From: Spongospora subterranea f. sp. subterranea
Taxonomy: Eukaryota
Direction: 5' to 3'
Length of the DNA stretch: 52,600 nucleotides
Assembly: GCA_049724395.1 (NCBI GenBank)
Contig: JAUGWO010000055.1
Span: 62,001-114,600, forward strand
Within the stretch, counting starts at the first letter, position 1; each line of letters starts with the position of its first letter. Position numbers and translations under genes: made by a program. The notes under the pieces are model-generated. The model was not told the origin of the DNA. It did no database searches and worked only from the letters and a program-made list of their open reading frames with translations. Shown piece after piece: positions 51,031-52,600 of the stretch.

Positions 51031-52600
51031 AACAGTGACACAATGGAAGTTCTTGGATTTCCATCTCGCGATAACGCAATTGGGAGAAAACATGTTTTCA
51101 AAAGCGGATGTCGTTTGTGATAATACCGAACTTTATCCTGAGGTCCGTTTGAATCTATGTGAACCAGTGAACACCTCAGCGCTCATCAATGATCCCTTCA
51201 CCGCTGCCGATTCGGGTCATGGTAAGTGGTTCCCGACAATCTGATAGTATCGCCAGACACACCATCGCCCGTCTTCTTTTCTCACCCCGTTCGTGGTGTC
51301 AGATCATGGGCAAAATTCTCCTCAGCTCACGACGGTGGAAATAACCGTTGAGCCGTCAGTTTTATCGTGTTCCAATGGGGAAGTCCAACCCCTGGCGTGA
51401 TTTTGGGCCTGATGGAATACAGGCGGGTCTGGATTCGACAATTGTGTTGCCACGAGACGGTTCCCCGCTTTGTCTCTAATGAAAGCGATTGACATTTGAA
51501 CAAAATCGAGGGTTGATCCAACGTAGTTACAAGACCCCAACACCACAAGGACGTTTATTTGAGGAAGTACTCCTGACCTGCAAAATACGATCGTGATGAC
51601 GGCGCTCTTCTACCATTGATCAAACGACATAAGGCCCTTTTGTGGGCCAATGCTTCAAAACAATATTGAACATGGGAAGTTGTTCAGGGGAAAATGAGTC
51701 AATGATCATTGATCAATACCAGTTGAGAGATGATTGTAGGTGAGGAATAACGACTATAGTCGTAATCTCAAACGATCACAAATCCCACAGCAATATCCTC
51801 AATTGATCTACAGCTGTGGTCAGGTCGATTCCGACCTCATTATCGGTCCACCAAACACTCACTTTTGTCGCGTCTGTGTTGCCTTTCACAAATAACCTGA
51901 TTACTGTCCTTTGGTTTGTCCCCGTTATGATATTGTCAACAGGTCTCACGATCATTTCCTCCCTGGGGATATGAAGTTGAACATAATTCCCGGCTCTTGA
52001 CCTACACCAAGATGATAATCGTCTTCGACAGTGTTATACCCAACAAGGGCGCACAGGCCTCAACAATGAACAGGGGAAACGGCGAACTGTCCAAGATCGG
52101 ATCTGGTATGTGATTTCCAAATAAAACAAGGTGAGGTCAAAACGAATGGGGTTTTATCGTCAATTATCAACTGCCTCTGATCCTGAAATTCACTTTCATT
52201 GTTGTCTGTCCATCACAACATTCTTGGCCGTTTACACCCGAATAGAGATGATGTAGTTAGAACCTGAATTACGTATAGACATTTATCCATCACGACTCCA
52301 TAAAGGCCAATCTTCCTTGGTTGAAAAACTGATCGGAAACTCCAGTCACGATCCGTCAAATCCACAATCCGTGTTCTGACAGACGACATTAATGTTGTTA
52401 GTGGTCGATCCGTTCCTATATGTGATTCATCTCTGTGATCGCTTATTCACAGTCAATGGCGATGATATATCAGATATGAACAGCTGTGTCACTGTAGATC
52501 CTCAATCAACGGTCATCATGACATCATCCTCGTCAGTCATGTGTACCCAGATTTAGGGGTGGGCACATTTCGGTTAAAGTCCAGAGTTAACCGGTTCGTA

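Larger units (their letters stand above)
41860..52530. repeat. Large near-spacerless inverted repeat (arms ~5.3 kb) centred at ~47170
   Basis: 43675-47152 is the reverse complement of 47199-50610, near-identical in long blocks and noisy in patches. Outer parts 41860-43310 and 51030-52530 also pair, at lower identity. Confidence 0.93.

Noticed and set aside
52550..52563. Telomere repeat (TTTAGGG)
   Set aside because: Single unit only, not an array.

Overview
Eukaryotic genomic DNA from a compact genome with short GT-AG introns (about 47-70 nt). The style suggests a protist such as a plasmodiophorid, but that is inference only. The window has two halves. From 1 to ~21.9 kb it is gene-dense: a UBA/FN3/SPRY/HECT E3 ligase, an ABHD11-like hydrolase, a tail-anchored hypothetical protein, MoaE/MOCS2B, a NIPA-like transporter, a GT47 exostosin, a PQ-loop transporter, a C19 deubiquitinase and a metallophosphoesterase. 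This half is interrupted by a ~1.9 kb array of a 31-bp unit next to a decayed hAT transposon. From ~22 to 52.6 kb it is gene-poor and full of transposon relics (mariner, LINE endonuclease, two Ty3/Gypsy, Copia, GCM-MULE, piggyBac-like). It also holds five copies of an unrecognised small secreted-protein gene whose mature region is strongly diverged while the signal peptide and ~450-bp 3' flank are nearly constant. The last ~10.7 kb is an almost spacerless palindrome centred near 47,170. This may be a fold-back sequencing artefact, in which case copy 5 is only the mirror of copy 4. Many single-base homopolymer frameshifts suggest unpolished long-read sequence. Identity estimates are by eye, and repeat boundaries are approximate.
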